Origin: Lama guanicoe
Taxonomy: Eukaryota
Direction: 5' to 3'
NCBI GenBank assembly: GCA_013239625.1
Contig: MU053934.1
Location: 7,833,352 to 7,897,351 of the forward strand
DNA length: 64,000 nt
Shown one piece after another: positions 1-13,599 of the stretch. The position numbers and the translations under genes are program-made. How positions within the stretch are numbered: the first letter of the stretch is position 1; each line of letters opens with the position of its first letter. Under the pieces are notes generated by a model. That model had not been told where the DNA came from. It ran no database searches and saw only the letters and a list, made by a program, of their open reading frames with translations.

Positions 1-39
1 TAATGACAATCTGTATTTTGGAGGTTCTTTCCAATTATT

Positions 40-290
40 TATTAATATTCCACATACATTTTCCATGTCATCGTTAACACTGTGGAAATCATTGCTCGTG
101 GCTGTACATGCTACCACATGGATATGCTGTCATTCACTTAGCCCTTCTCCTGTTGTTAGACATTTGTTATTCGCATAAATAAGGATACCATGACTGTCTT
201 TGTGGATAACGCACTTTCCATATTTGAAAAGTATTTCCACAGGACAGATTCACAGATGAGGAATTACCATGCCAAAGGCTACTGAAATCT
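40..290 (-). mobile_element. Old L1 (L1ME-like) 3' fragment
   Basis: Degenerate antisense L1 3'-end phrasing (...tgttgttagacattt...gaggaatt...ccaaagg); boundaries approximate. Confidence 0.45.
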
Positions 291-304
291 TTAAAAATAC
301 TTAC

Positions 305-417
305 CTTGACTTCTTATATAATATTTAAGGTTCAAGTCATTATTTGTACTGAGGTTCTTCAAAAATACATTATAATTCACTGCAGTATCTTTATCAATGT
401 TGTAGTGTTTTGCAAAT
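305..417 (-). CDS. EFCAB6: EFCAB6 coding exon (113 nt): (Q)FAKHYNIDKDTAVNYNVFLKNLSTNNDLNLKYYIRSQ
   Basis: Acceptor atttctattttag| and donor CAAG|gtaagt; phase 2 in, phase 1 out; degenerate EF-hand loop NIDKDTAVNYNV. Confidence 0.95.
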
Positions 418-2454
418 CTAAAATAGAAATGTTCGTTAGTATTCGGAAATTATGATACAGAGAATCTAAATGAAGCAAGTTGTTTTTTTTTTTTTAACCA
501 AGGATTCCTTTACACTGGGGTTGGCATTAATTTTAATGTGTGTTTCTAGCTAGAGCTGGAATTAAGAAGTAAACCCTAGGAAATGTTACTGTAAGATTAA
601 AAAATGCAGATGCACCTGAAACTAACACAGCGTTGTAAATCAACTGTTCTTCAATTTAAAAATAAATAAATAAAATGAATTAATTAAAAATAAAAAATGC
701 AGATACTTTATGGAGATCACTCCACTCAGCCTCCAAATGGCTGCATACAGATTTGAATAAACAGGAATGTCCAGGACCTGTGCCCTGCCTGCGTTGGGGA
801 GGGTCTTCTCCCTCCTCTGGCAGGAGGGAGGGGTCACCTCTGTGCTCAAAAGCAAAACAGGTTCTGCTTCCTTTAATAATTGGAGGGGAGATGGATCTGG
901 GCCATGAGTCAGCATAAAATTTCTATAGCCAGAGAAATCTAGAGCTGGTGGAGGGGAGAAATAGCCCACCTTCCTCACCAACTAGATCACTTCACAGAGA
1001 GAAATGGATGCCCAGGACAGCGTGTCATTTTAAAGCAGTTAATGGTAGGAGGGGGGAGCTTTTCTTGGAGCAGTCTGTGATTTCTATATATAAAGAGAAA
1101 TTTTAAAACACTTAAGCAATGTCTCTCCCTGAAATATACTGAGATACTCTTTTTCTAAGTTAAGATAAATAGAATGTCTGGATTCTTTTTTCTTTCTAAA
1201 ATGAATTTTCTTTTATTCAAATCTGCCACTTGATAAATGGTTTTCCAGATAATTTCTGCATTATTACATTTATAAAAAAAATGACAGTTTTAAAATGTTT
1301 GGTTATATTGTCTCCATATGTGTTGGTTTCTATAATTACCTAATTTCATGATGCTTTCTAAAAATTTAGTAATTATCACTTAAAGTATTTGTTATTTTTC
1401 TGTTTTCCAAATTTAACAAAGAGTAATGTCATGTATTCATTTCAATGCATACCTTTTTTTCCACTTTGATGGATCTTGCCTATTGTTCTAATAAGAAAAA
1501 TTATCCTGAGATATGATGGCTGCCAGATGTTAACACTGAAACTCCCTGAACAGCTCCATCTTTCATCTGTAGTCTCAGTCTGCCACAAATAAGCTGCAAG
1601 CGCAGGAACCCAGAAGGTGGCACCTAGGGTGTTCCTTTTAAGTTGCTGCCCTACAGAAAGTCTCGGCTCCCCTGCGGCTCCGGGAACATATCCAGGATAT
1701 GGACAAAAATCTCATCACCAACTCTCCTGTTTTCTGGGGAAAATTCAGCATTCCTGCAAACTGGTATTTGCTCATAAGAGAATCCTGCCCTGTCCTAATG
1801 CCAAACTCCCCCCTATTCATAATACCCAACACGTATTCACTGAGGACAGACAGACAGAATCCCATGGTAATATTTCCCACAGATAAAATTTCAAAAATAA
1901 AGCCTCAGTACTTCCCAAGGATGCAGTATCTCAAAAGGCTTTTATTTTTAACAAGAATCAAGGCATGGGAGACAGAACCACACCTAAGATGCAGCAGCCA
2001 AGGCCACTTTCCCAGGGAGCTGAACTCTGGGCAGGAGAACCCACACGTCTGCAGATACCTAGGGTAAGTCAGTCACACAGGAAAGCCGACTTTAGGTGCA
2101 AAGGGAATGACGCCAATCAACCCCAAAACCTCTCCAGCATCACCACCCGGAACTGTGCCTTGGGCTTCATTCATCTCCCCAGCAGCAGGCCGACCTCTAG
2201 TGAGTTTGTTTGTTTTTCAGGACTGCTCATAAATTATCTTACCCAGATTCAAATACTTTGTCCTGCGGGACAATGGAGGGGAGGGTGGGGTGAATGGGAA
2301 AGCGAGAACCAAAGCCAGCGGGTCTCAGGACTGTCTGGTTAAGTGTAAATTTGGCGATAATCTTCTCCCTTGCCTCTTGCTGCACGGACTGGATGATATT
2401 CTGCAGCCTAAAGAGAACTGTTTTTCAGAGTGAAGGGCATTTGTGGAATCTGTA

Positions 2455-2690
2455 TGACTACGATAGCGTCGCTGTGAAGCGAGCACCTACTGCGTGCTGG
2501 CCACATCACAGGTGCGCTTGGCACGTTATGTGGAACTGTCACACCAGCCCTGCAAGGTGGGCTCCCTCGGTCCCCATTTCTTTAGGAGAAAGCTGAGTCT
2601 CAGGGAAGCCCAGGAGCTGCCCGAGGCCCTAGAACCAGGGAGGGCAGACACAGACCCCACCCCAGGTGTGCCTGACTTCAAAGCCCAAGG
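2455..2690 (-). mobile_element. MIR SINE
   Basis: Reverse-complement MIR core ccccatttc..aggagaaagctgagtctcaggga; boundaries approximate. Confidence 0.6.
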
Positions 2691-4371
2691 CAATTCCTGC
2701 CTCACCAAGCGCTGAAGGCTGATACTAAGTAGAAAGCTGTTAGATAAAAGAAAGGATTCAAAACTGCATTGTGTTTCCTGCTCAAACACTAAAAAGGCAA
2801 AGTTAACGCTGAAGCAGCTTCTCAAGGAAAGAGCATCTTCTTGAGCTTCAATAAGAAAAGCATTAAAGCAATTGAAGAAATGGTCTCCTTTTGATCCCCC
2901 GCGCTTCTGTTCTAAAGGAAAGCAATTCTATTATGTTAAGTTCCTCGAGTCTTATCATGCAAACAGTATTGTTTTTGAGGTTTAAAAAAAATCTCAAATA
3001 AAAATTTGTGGAGTTCTTTATTATTCAATACTTGTGAGATGGGGAAACAGACAGTAACATTTTTTATAGATTTACTAGGTTGGAGACTGCAGTGCCAAAC
3101 ACAAGGTTTATTGTCAAATAAAACACTGCTTTGTTTTTTGATTGCCTGTTTTAGAAGAGTGTTGCTTCTGTTCTATAATTGCGTGCACAAAATTATTTAA
3201 TTTGTTTTGTTTGGATCTTATTCTGGACACTTTCCCAGCCAGAAAGATGTAAAAATTAAAACATCTATTATGTCCGTTATATTCTGAGGTGGGTTATAAA
3301 AGGGAAAAAGAAGAAAATAGTCAAAAGACTAGGAAATAACCATTTTTTAAAAAGTCTCTGCTTTTCAGACCCTGCAGTGCCCATGACACTGTCACCTGCC
3401 CTCTAGACTTCTTGCTATAGGAGCAAATTCCTCTACTAACGGAAGCAACGTCGTCTTTATAAAACTATGTAAGCAATCACAACGACCCATTTTCATAGCG
3501 ATTTGTAACTGCAGTGTATCACGAAACTCTCAGGCTCAGAGTGAAATAACAAGGCTTGGTACTTTTGCTAATGGCCTGGAGGGTATTTAGAAACACAGGG
3601 GAGAGGCAGGAAGAGGAAGAGTACCTCTTGGCTGAGTACTAGATAAATTACGCTCAACATGGCCCCCCTTCTAGTGGCTTCCATTCAAAATTCAAGTGGC
3701 CACAGAAGCCAAGCATTTGGCTTCTTCTAAATGATCCAGAGTTTATTGTAGGCTCAAAAAAATGACTGTGCAGGCCTCCACACACTGCCCTCAAGTCAGG
3801 AGCAGGTGGCGGCGGCTCTCAAATGCCGTGAAGCAGCCCAGCATTCGTTATTCACCATCCCCCTGCTACAATGCCCACCCCAACCTCAGCAACGACCATC
3901 CTCAAAGGCAAATTCAGTGTCTGTTATTATATCAGGATGGAGAGCCAATAGGGAGCATACCAACCGACGAATAAATCCTGAAATTTTTCACTCTTCTCCT
4001 AACCCCAGGCTTTGAGTAAAAATCAACTGTGAACTGGAAACACATGGGATGGCGGGCATGATGCCAAGCAGGCAGAGAGGGACACTTGGTGATGGATTGC
4101 TTAAATAATGGAGATGTGCTCAAAGCTGTAGGCCAGATGACTCTCCCCGAGGGTGCTTGAGGAACTAGAACCATTAGCTCTCGCTTTTGAGAACCCGTGG
4201 AGAGCTTCACCAACACGGGAGAAATGCCCATTGAGTGCCTCCTTCAGAACCAGCCAACAGGGGAGGCGGGAGGGAGGACCAGCCTGGGCCCACCGAGCCC
4301 GACCAGGCCCCGCCGTGAAGCTGGTTTGAAGTTCTGCCGAGCAGCCTCCCGCCACACTCTCATGTACTTAC

Positions 4372-4508
4372 TGTTTGTATTCGTCATCTTTCATCTTCAA
4401 ACAGAAGGTCTCCAGAACCCTCCTCAGCTCACGTGGTTGAACCAGACCAGTCTTGTTAATGTCAATGAGCTTAAAGGCTTTGATAACAGTTTTAATGTTT
4501 TTGAAAAT
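4372..4508 (-). CDS. EFCAB6: EFCAB6 coding exon (137 nt): IFKNIKTVIKAFKLIDINKTGLVQPRELRRVLETFCLKMKDDEYK
   Basis: Acceptor ttttatatacag| and donor CA|gtaagt; EF-hand loop DINKTGLVQPRE; phase 0 in, phase 2 out. Confidence 0.96.
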
Positions 4509-6199
4509 CTGTATATAAAAAGAGATTTAGGAAAAGTCAAAAGATCCAGTGGTAAAAAATCAAGACTACAATTTAAAAAAAAGTGAAAGTGTTTAAATAC
4601 TTCTTGTAAAATAAAATGTTTTCAAAGACTCACAGTCGTAGATACTGCAAAATGACACGTCTATGGAAAAAAAGGACACTTTACATTTATTGAATGTTTT
4701 CAAAGCAATTTTCTCTGTAAATGGTCTTAGTTTTTTAGAAAAAACTTTCTGATATAAAGCAGTAAGCTTCATATACAATTTATTCCCTTTTATAGTCATA
4801 TGAAAAAATCTTTTTTGTTAATTGATACTTTAAAACTATAGTTTTGGCATAGCTGGACTTGGACAATTTTTATTTTTCATAGCCATATGCAAACTATTTT
4901 TACTAGGAGCTGAAAAATATGAGTATATATTTCAACCCCTCTGAATTTTTAAAAGATATTACAGGAAAGTTTTATAGCCATCTTTCCCAAATTCAGCAAA
5001 TGCATATTTACTGGGCACAGACCTGCAAAGGCATTTGGTCAGGAGACGCAGAGCTGTGTGCTTGCCCTGAGCGACTTCTATGTGAAGGAAAGAAACACCC
5101 TCGGGGGCTCACGTGTGTCCAGCCCACAGCCATGTGACTGAATCCTCCCGACCCACACGAAGGAAGTAACCTTTCCCCAACTTCAGTAAGATCCGAGGTT
5201 CGGGGAGGCAACATAAGTCACCTGTCATCACCTGGCTAGATGATAATGATGCTGGGGTTCAAACTCACGTCCATCTCCGAACCCCACTTCCCACGAAGAA
5301 GATAAGACATGCAAATAAATATTCAGTCAAGGTGACCCATGGGAACAAGTGCCAAACAACAGCGACAAATAAGGAGCTGTCGTCTTCACAGAAGACAACA
5401 AACACTTCCAGTGGAGCCGTCTGGAAGGCTTCCTGCAGGAGGTGACATCTGAGCTAGGAGGGGGCTAGGGCAGGACGGGAGGGCATGACGGTGGGACTGT
5501 GGATGAAGAGTGATGACTGTCAGTAGGGCTAGATCCGGGGAGGTCTGACTACATCCTGTACTAGATCAAATCCAAGTCCAGCCCAGAGCTGAAGGGAAAT
5601 TAGTGCACCTCAAGGAAGGAGTTTAGGGAAAATTCCAAGATGATCAGGTTTGTTCCCTATTTCCTCAGCATCTTCTCTGATCCGGGGCTGACCCAGAAGG
5701 AGCCCTCGGGCAGAGCCCTCCTGGGAAGGAACCACTGAGCTGGTGGGAGAAGGGCTCCTCCCTGGCTGCTCCTGGCTGGGTCATCTGGGGCCCTCCTGCC
5801 CCCATCACACCTGCCCTGCCTCCAGCACCACTCGTGGGGTCCGACTCCCAGTCTCAGCTCCCGGTCCTTCTCCCATCCAGAAGGTACCGCTGCCTGCTCA
5901 GACTCACACTTTGTCACCAATAACTGCCGCTTTCCAAAACCAAGCCCCACATTAACATGTGAAAGTCCCACCTTTCAGCTCCCTCCTCTGACGGCTGACC
6001 TCCAACAGCCTTCTCCCCTCCAGACCTCCACCTGCTGCTCCGGCTCCTTTCCACACTCCCCTCCCTCTCCTCCTCACCACTGTTCCCCTCCAGCCATGGG
6101 TCCATCTGTATAACCACCCGCCACCTCCCTCCTCCTCCTGCATCTCTCTGTCTTGGCAAGATTCTAACTTCTAACCCATGTCAAGTCCAACTCACCACC

Positions 6200-7923
6200 T
6201 ATTCCAAGCACCTGATATGGCTGGAGAGCACTTACCTGGGTCCCCTCACTCGAGACCACCAACGCCCCCAACTGGGCATGCATCGTAATCCTCCTCTACG
6301 GCGTAGTCCACTCAACCCCCACGCCCCACCACCACCAGGCAGCCTTTCCCACAGTCTCCACTCTCCTTCCCTCCCTTCCCACCCCTCCTCTGTCCTCTCC
6401 ACTGATAATCCTCTTTATTTACAGAGAAAAGAGAAGCAACTGGAAGGCAATAGCCTAAAGCTCCCCCACACCCCCAGCCTGTCTGCCTCCGTACCCAGCG
6501 ATCGGCCTCCCCCCGTCCCAGGACGCTGCCCTTGTGATACATGTGACCCCGCCACTCCCAGGCATGCAAGGACCCACTCATGCACTGTGGTCCCGACTCC
6601 ACTCTCACACCCACTACGGTGAAACGCCTTAGAAACGAGCCCCCTCCTCGCCTCACCTCCTCCTCCAGCCACATCTTCCCTTTTGCAGAAATCCCCCCTT
6701 GGAGCTGCCTGATCCCTGACTCCCACGTGTCTCCCCTACCCAATCAGTTTTGGACCCACCACTCCACAGAAACTGTGACCTTGTGAGGGTGACTCTGCCA
6801 GACCTGGCAGCTCGTGGGGGCCCGTCTTGCTGTCCCCGCTGCAGCCCTCCACCCAGGTCACTGCCCCTTCTTCCTGGACACACGTCTCCCGTGGCTCCCA
6901 CACCCCTGCCCCCAGTTCTCCTCCTCCTTCTGGCTTTGTCTGGTGCCTGCCAGGTTCCTCCCCTGCCTCCTGAACTCTGGGTGCCTGCAGACATGGGCCT
7001 CGGGCCTCCTGGTTCTCTAACCACTTACTCCCAGGTGGCTCAGCCCTGTGGCCTTAATGACCACCGGATCACCCTCAGGTGTCTGTCTCTGTCCCCTCCT
7101 CTGAGGCAGGTCAGGATCTCCACCTGCCTTGCTGACATCCACCTTGAGAGCCTAACAGACATCCCAGCTTCGCCAGACCAGCCTGCTCATCCCCCAGCCT
7201 CCTCGTCCCCCCCGGCAGGTCCATCCTGCTGGGTCCTCATCTCACACCCCACGTCTAGCCTAGCCCGAGAGCCCGCAGCCCTCCCTTCAAAACATTTCTG
7301 CCATCCAGCCCTGTCTCTCTGCCTTACGCCCGATGGCTGGTGCAACGGCCTCCCATTTGGTCTTCCAGTGTTCACGCCCGACCCCACAGAAAGTCTCCAT
7401 GCAGCCGCCAGGGCATTCTGTTTAAATGGAAGGCTGAGCATGCCCTCTGCTCCCTGCCCTCCAGCGGCTCCCAGCCCCTCAGGTCAAAGGCGAGGGCCCC
7501 ACAGACTGGCTCTCATCTCGCCACCCGGCCCCTGGCTCAACTCTGCTGCTCCCCAAGATGCCAGCCAGGCTCCTCCTGCCTCAAGGCGTTTGCTGTTTGC
7601 ACTTGCTGTTCCTTCTGCCTGGAACGTTCCTCCCCAGGCACCCACTGGCTCCTCCCTTACTTCATTTGGGTCTTGGCCCAAATGTTATCTTACCTAGAAG
7701 GCCTTCCCTGCCCCTGCCCCCAGCACTCATCTTCTTCAAAGTGCTTCTCATCAACTAATTTAATGCTTGTCTTTATTGTCTGTCTCTCCCTCCTGCACAT
7801 CCGCTTCCTGAGAGCAGGGTTCTGTTCACTGCTACCCCCTCCCCCCGCCCCCGGGGTCTAGAACAGCCACCGGCGGAGTGCGAGACTCAGTGTGCATCTG
7901 CTTGAGCGAATGGATGAATGAAT
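6200..7923 (+). mobile_element. L2 LINE 3' portion
   Basis: Pyrimidine-rich L2 3' sequence (ttgcacttgctgttccttctgcctggaa...aaggccttccctg...) ending in the gaatggatgaatgaat tail; 5' boundary approximate. Confidence 0.75.
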
Positions 7924-8899
7924 CCCTCCTCTTTTCACCTGCTTGGAAAAGAGCCACACTCGAAGGAAGCCCTGTTACATGTCTACAAACACATGCCTCC
8001 TCGGGACCAATCCTGACAGTAATGACGGTCACATTCAATGTGACAAAGATGACAAAACTATGATAAGTGAACAAATATTAATTGGCGTTTGTTACGTGCA
8101 ACAAAAGCCCTGTGCTAAACTGTACGCACATCTCCCACCTCCTCCAACTAGAGGGGTTCGGCCGAAATGATCTTAATGTTCAGAACGGGGCACACCCAGC
8201 GAGGAGGAGCCACGCAGCGTCAGCTGGAAGGAAACGGGCTCGTGCATTCACCGTCAGCCCCATCACTTTGTCTGCAAGAGTGGAGCCCCGGCCACGGAGA
8301 GCACTTGTGCCCACAGGCAAACGAAAAATCTCAGCACCTTGTCTGCTGCCAAATCCTGATTCACCTCTCCTGGTAAAACGAGAGGACATGAGGCGATGTG
8401 CTTTTTTAAAACCCAAAGCAACCCATATGGATCTCCGGCGCGGGAAGCAGGGAAGCAGCGAATCTGGCACAGAACTCACACCCACCAGAGGTATGTCTCC
8501 AAGTTTCTTATCATTTGTCAGACTGAAGTTTGGCAAGATCTAGATGGAGCTGCAGATGGTGAGGCTTATCAAAGGCACCGGAGTTAGGGCCGTGGTGTGA
8601 AGACTTGTCCCACATATGACGGGAAAGAAGAAAAAGTACAAAGGAATAAAAGCCCCCGGCCCCTGCTTCGCCCCACTTCCCTCCCCCTCGAAATGAGAAG
8701 AGGAAACGGTAAAGGGAGAAATCGGGCTGACGTGGGCAGCTTCGGGCTCCTTCCTAGGCCAGCTAGACCTACCATTTTGATAAAAATGGGACAAGTCTGC
8801 ATTCAGAGTTACTCTGTCTGAGCCTCTGCTTACCCCCGACTCCAGCTCTGACTCTCACCCCAGGTCCCTGGGCTCCAGCCACAGCCAACTATTTCACAA

Positions 8900-9335
8900 G
8901 CTCTCCAGCTGATCTGAGCCCCTCCACCTCCCCACCACGCCGCCCCCCAGCCCCCCTGGCTCTCCCCACCTCCCTCTGCCCCAGCTACAGCTTCCCTGAC
9001 CTTTCTCACACACACCGAGCCCGTGCACCCTTCAGGGTTTCTGCATGCTGGGTTTCCTCCGCTGGACAGCTCCCTCAGGGGCTTCGATCAGGTCTCGGTC
9101 ATGTGCCACCTGCTCCAGGAGGCCTTCCTGACACCTCCACAAAAGCACGCCCTCATCCCTTTTCTCCCTCGCGTCCATCCACACCTGGACGTCTCATGTT
9201 TCTCTTTCTGTTTGCTGTCTTTCTTCTTCCACTGAAATGTAAATGCCGCGGAGGGGACCTGGCTTCATCTGCTGCTGCACCCCCAAGTTGAGAACAGTCC
9301 CTGGGCAGAGTGGATGCTCATAAATACTTGCGTGA
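8900..9335 (+). mobile_element. L2 3' fragment
   Basis: ccacctgctccaggaggccttcctgac...gctcataaatacttgcgtgatga, L2 end. Confidence 0.6.
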
Positions 9336-9769
9336 TGAGTTCACAGCTATGCTGCTGCCCAAAGGCCCCGCCCCGGCCCTGCCGTCCACTCTCCACTCGG
9401 GGCAGGAGCCGGCACCTTCACACCAGGCTTTCCTGCCGCACTTCCAGCCCATCGCTGGCCCCTGCCCTCCACACGGACATCTTGGTGTGTTCTGCCTGAA
9501 AGTGGTCCCCAGCCCCCTCCCCTGCAGCAGGGGGTCCACTCCCACACCTCTCCAGGTGCTCCGCCCCCCTTCAGTTCCCCACCACTTCTCAGGGGGAGGG
9601 CTCAGAGAGGGCCAAATCCACGGAGAGAGGAGGAAACTGCCACACAGCTCACAAAAGGAGAAGGGCCTCCTTCCAAATCCAGCTTCTCAGAAAGGAAAGC
9701 ATGGGCTTGCCCCATGAGTGCAGGGACCAGCCTGGGGTAGGTGCCCCCGCCCAGACCCGGTGCCTGCAG

Positions 9770-10106
9770 AGGCCCAGCTCCCCTCCCGGGCTCCGGGTGC
9801 TGCCACCTCCTGCCTGCCGCCTGACTCTGTCTGCCTGCAAGCTAAGAATGGGTGTTACATTTTTAAATGGTTGAAAAAAATCAAAAGAAGGCTATTTTGT
9901 GATGCATGAAAGTTATATGAGTTTCAAATTTCAAAATCCAAAAGTGAATTTTATTGGCGCCCAGCCACTCCATTCATTTATGGAAATGAAACTGCCCGGG
10001 GCTGCTTGCCTCCGTGCAAGGGCAGAGTTGAGCAGTCAGACTGAACAGCCTGGCCCCCCAAGATCTAAATAGTTACCATCTTCACAGGGGAAGTTCACAA
10101 CCCCTG
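9770..10106. mobile_element. MER58B-like hAT-Charlie MITE
   Basis: gctaagaatgg..ttacatttttaaatggttgaaaaaaatcaaaagaag...gcagagttgagcagt...aacccctg terminus, recalled as MER58B. Confidence 0.7.
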
Positions 10107-11384
10107 CTCCCCTCCCTCCCATCTGAGTGGGTGGTAGGTGTCACAGCAGCTTCAGGTGCACAAACAAGAGAAGCCCGGAGAATTTAAAAAGAAAACCCAA
10201 ACAGAAGCTAATTATGACTCTGAATTAAAGCCTCAGGAGCCAGGAAGTGGCCTGAGGCTCTCTGAAGATGCAGCTGGGAAGTCTTCTCCTCCCGACCCTT
10301 CCCCATCTTCAGCACCAGACTCAGCCCGACCCATCCAGGGGGCCAGGGGCCCAGCCAAGAGCTGCTTCCCACCTTCTCTGAGCCCTACGCCAGGCTTAGG
10401 AGTAGCTGCCCCAACCAGCCCCCCACTAGACTCCCCAGCTCCCCACCGCACCCCAGGTTCTCACTGTGGCACTGCAGACGGAGAGAAGGGCAGCATCTGA
10501 CCCTCTCCGTGTTCTCAGAGCCCTGGGGGATGATGCGAGAACCAAGCAATCTAGGGAAGGGAACCACAGAGAAGATGGACTAAACAGGCTGGACAGTTCC
10601 ATCTGGACAGCAGGGCTAGGAAAAAGCAAGATCGAAAGCTTTAAAGGAGTGGGGGGGAGAGGAAGGAGGGGGAGGGGAAGGAAGGGGAGGGGAAGAAGAA
10701 GAACCACCACCACCACCACCACCACCCCATTTCACAGAGGAGAGAAGTAAAAAAAGGGGGGGTGGTAAGTGATTAGTGGAAAAAAAAGTAATAGGAGCAA
10801 AATTAAATTAAAACATTCCCCAGAAGATTTAGATGAATTCATGGAGGGAAGACTCCCAAGTGTCACTACAAGGAGCAGAGAGTGCCTGCCCTGAGGAGCA
10901 AAGGCAGGGAGGAACTGGAAGGGAAACCTTGTCCAGACACCTCCCACGGAAAGCCACACAAAGAACCTGGGCAGCTGTTTTCTGGGTTACCTTGGACCAG
11001 CGACCTGACTCTTCTGAATTTCAGTCCCGGCTTCTATGAAACGGGAATGAATGGGGCACTGCACCGGTGTGTGCGGATGGAATGAGCTCACGTGTGCAGG
11101 TGCCTCGCAGGGAACATACTCAATAAATGGTGGTGTGATAGGAATTGCTGATCAGTACCAAAGGCTGAGGACAGAGTTCCAAATAACCAGAGAGCCACAC
11201 GCCCATGCTGGGGAACAGTAAGTGACCGAACCGGCACTACTTCCCCCGCTCCACCCAACTCCACCGCCCCCTTCACTTCCCCACTGCCCAGCCTAAGTGA
11301 ACAGACACCTTGGGGGGAAGAAGGTCTTCAGTGGACAGGAGTCCAGGGCCAAGAATAGGGCCTGGATCCATGAATATTTGTTAA

Positions 11385-11525
11385 GCGGATGGATGGATGA
11401 GGAATGGATGGATGAATAAATGGATGATGGATGGATGATAAATAGATGGATGGACAGGGGGAGGCAGGGAAGGAGAAATGCATGCATGCATGCATGCATG
11501 GATGATGGGTAGATGGATAGATGGG
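11385..11525. repeat. (GGAT)n-like microsatellite with an embedded (ATGC)n run
   Basis: Directly visible in sequence. Confidence 0.9.
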
Positions 11526-11793
11526 TGTTACAACATTTATGGGGAAGAGGCTTTGGTAAACCAAGGAAGTCCTTAAAGAGACAGGACAGGTGCCTGCAGA
11601 AGGACAGACAGGCACGTCATTTCTGTGGACTCAGTGATCTGCTCTGCACCTTCCTGGGGAAAGGAGCTGAGAATTGAACAGAGATAGCAGAGCAGGAGGG
11701 GCAGATTAGGGCAGTCTGCACACCTGTTGTTGGCACGGACAGGATGTGTGGATTTTCCATGGGTTAAGTGGAAATCAAGAAAGGTAGAAGGCT

Positions 11794-13569
11794 AACAATG
11801 AATTATCAGAAAGAGAAATTAAGGAAACAATCTCATGTATCATTGCATCAAAAAGAATAAAATATCTAGGAACAAACCTGCCTAAAGAGGCAAAAGACAT
11901 TTACTCTGAAAACTATGAGACGCTAATGAAAGAACTGAAGATGACACAAACAAGATGGAAAGATACACCATGTTCTTGGATTGGAAGAATCAATATTGTT
12001 AAAATGATCATACTACTCAGGGCAATCTACAGATTCAATGCAATCCCTATCAAAATACCAATGGTATTTTTCACAGAACTAGAACAAATAATTCTTAAAT
12101 TTGTATAGAAACACAAAATACTTTGAATAGCCAAAACAATCCTGAGAAAAAAGAACAGAGCTGGAGGAATTACACGCTTGGCTTCAGACTATTCTACAAA
12201 GCTACAGTCATCAAAATAGTATGGTACTGGCACAAAAACAGACACACAGATCAATGGAACAGGATAGAAAGTCCAGAAATAAATCCATGCACTTGTGGTC
12301 AATTAATCTATGACAAAGGAAGCGAAAACATACAATGGAAAAAAGACAATCTCTTCAGTAAGTGGTGCTGGGAAAACTGGACAGCTACCTGTAAAAGAAT
12401 GAAACTAGAACATTCTCTAACACCATATACAAAAATAAACTCAAAATGGATTAAAGACCTAAATGTAAGACTGGATAGTATAAAACTTTTAGAGGAAAAT
12501 AAAGGCAGAAGACTCTTTGACACAAATTGCAGCAATATTTTTTTTGGATCTGTTTCCTAAAGTAAAGAAAATAAAAGTGAAAATAAACAAATGGGACCTA
12601 ATTAAACTTAAAAGCTTTTGCACAGCAAATGAAACCATTGACAAAAAAAAAAAAAAGACAACCTGCAGAATGGGAGAAAATATTTGCAAACGACATGACC
12701 GATAAGGGATTAATATCCAACATGTACAAACAGCTCATACAACTCAGCATCAAAAAAACCAAACAACTTGATTAAAAAATGAGCAGAAAAGCTGAATAGA
12801 CATGTTCCAAAGAGTAAATGCAGATGGTCAACAGGCACATGAAAAGATGCTCAACATGGCTATCGTCAAAAAGAACACAAATAACAAATGTTGGTGAGGG
12901 TGTGGAGAAAAGGGAACCTTTGTACACTGTTGGTGGGAATGTAAGTTAGTGCAGCCACTGTGGAAAACAGTATGCAGATGCCTCAAAAAACTAGAAATAG
13001 AACTACCATATGACCCAGCAATTCCACTCCTGGGCATATAGATCCAAAAAAATCAAAAGCACTAATTCAAAAGGATACATGCACCGCAATGTTTACAGCA
13101 GCATTATTTACAATTGCCAAGATATGGAAGCAACTTAAGTGTCCACTGACAGATGACTGGATAAAGAAGACATGGTCTGTATGCAATGGAATATTACTCA
13201 GCCATAAAAAGAATGAAATTTTGCCATGCAGCAACATAGAGGGCATTATGCCAAGTGAAATAAGTCAGAGAAAGACAAATATTCTGTGATATCACTCATA
13301 TGCGGATTCTAAAAAATACAACAAACTAGTGAATATACCAGAAAAAGAAGCAGACTCAGATACAGAGAACACACTAGTGGTTACCAGCGGGGAGGTGCGG
13401 GAGGGGCAATGTAGGGGTGCAAGAGTGGGAGGTGCAAACCACCGGGTGTAAGAGAGGTTCCAGGATGCATCGTATGACATGGGAAACAGCCAATATTTTG
13501 TAATAACTGTAAATGGAAAGTAAACTTGGAAAGTTGTGTAAAAGTTTATTAAAAGTTTTTTTTTTTTTA
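11794..13569 (+). mobile_element. 5'-truncated, relatively young L1 (ORF2 C-terminal part plus 3' UTR)
   Basis: ORF2 peptides ([60 protein letters not shown]); TSD aagaaaggt(aga/gg)aggct at 11777-11793 and 13570-13585; frameshifted. Confidence 0.95.
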
Positions 13570-13599
13570 AAGAAAGGTGGAGGCTTAAGCTGTCCTGCT

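Noticed and set aside
6750..7697. 315-aa plus-strand ORF
   Set aside because: Lies inside a C-rich L2 remnant; non-ATG start, Pro/Ser/Leu-rich with no recognisable domain; chance ORF.
11926..12705. L1 ORF2 ORFs as an active retrotransposon
   Set aside because: 5'-truncated, frameshifted and internally deleted.
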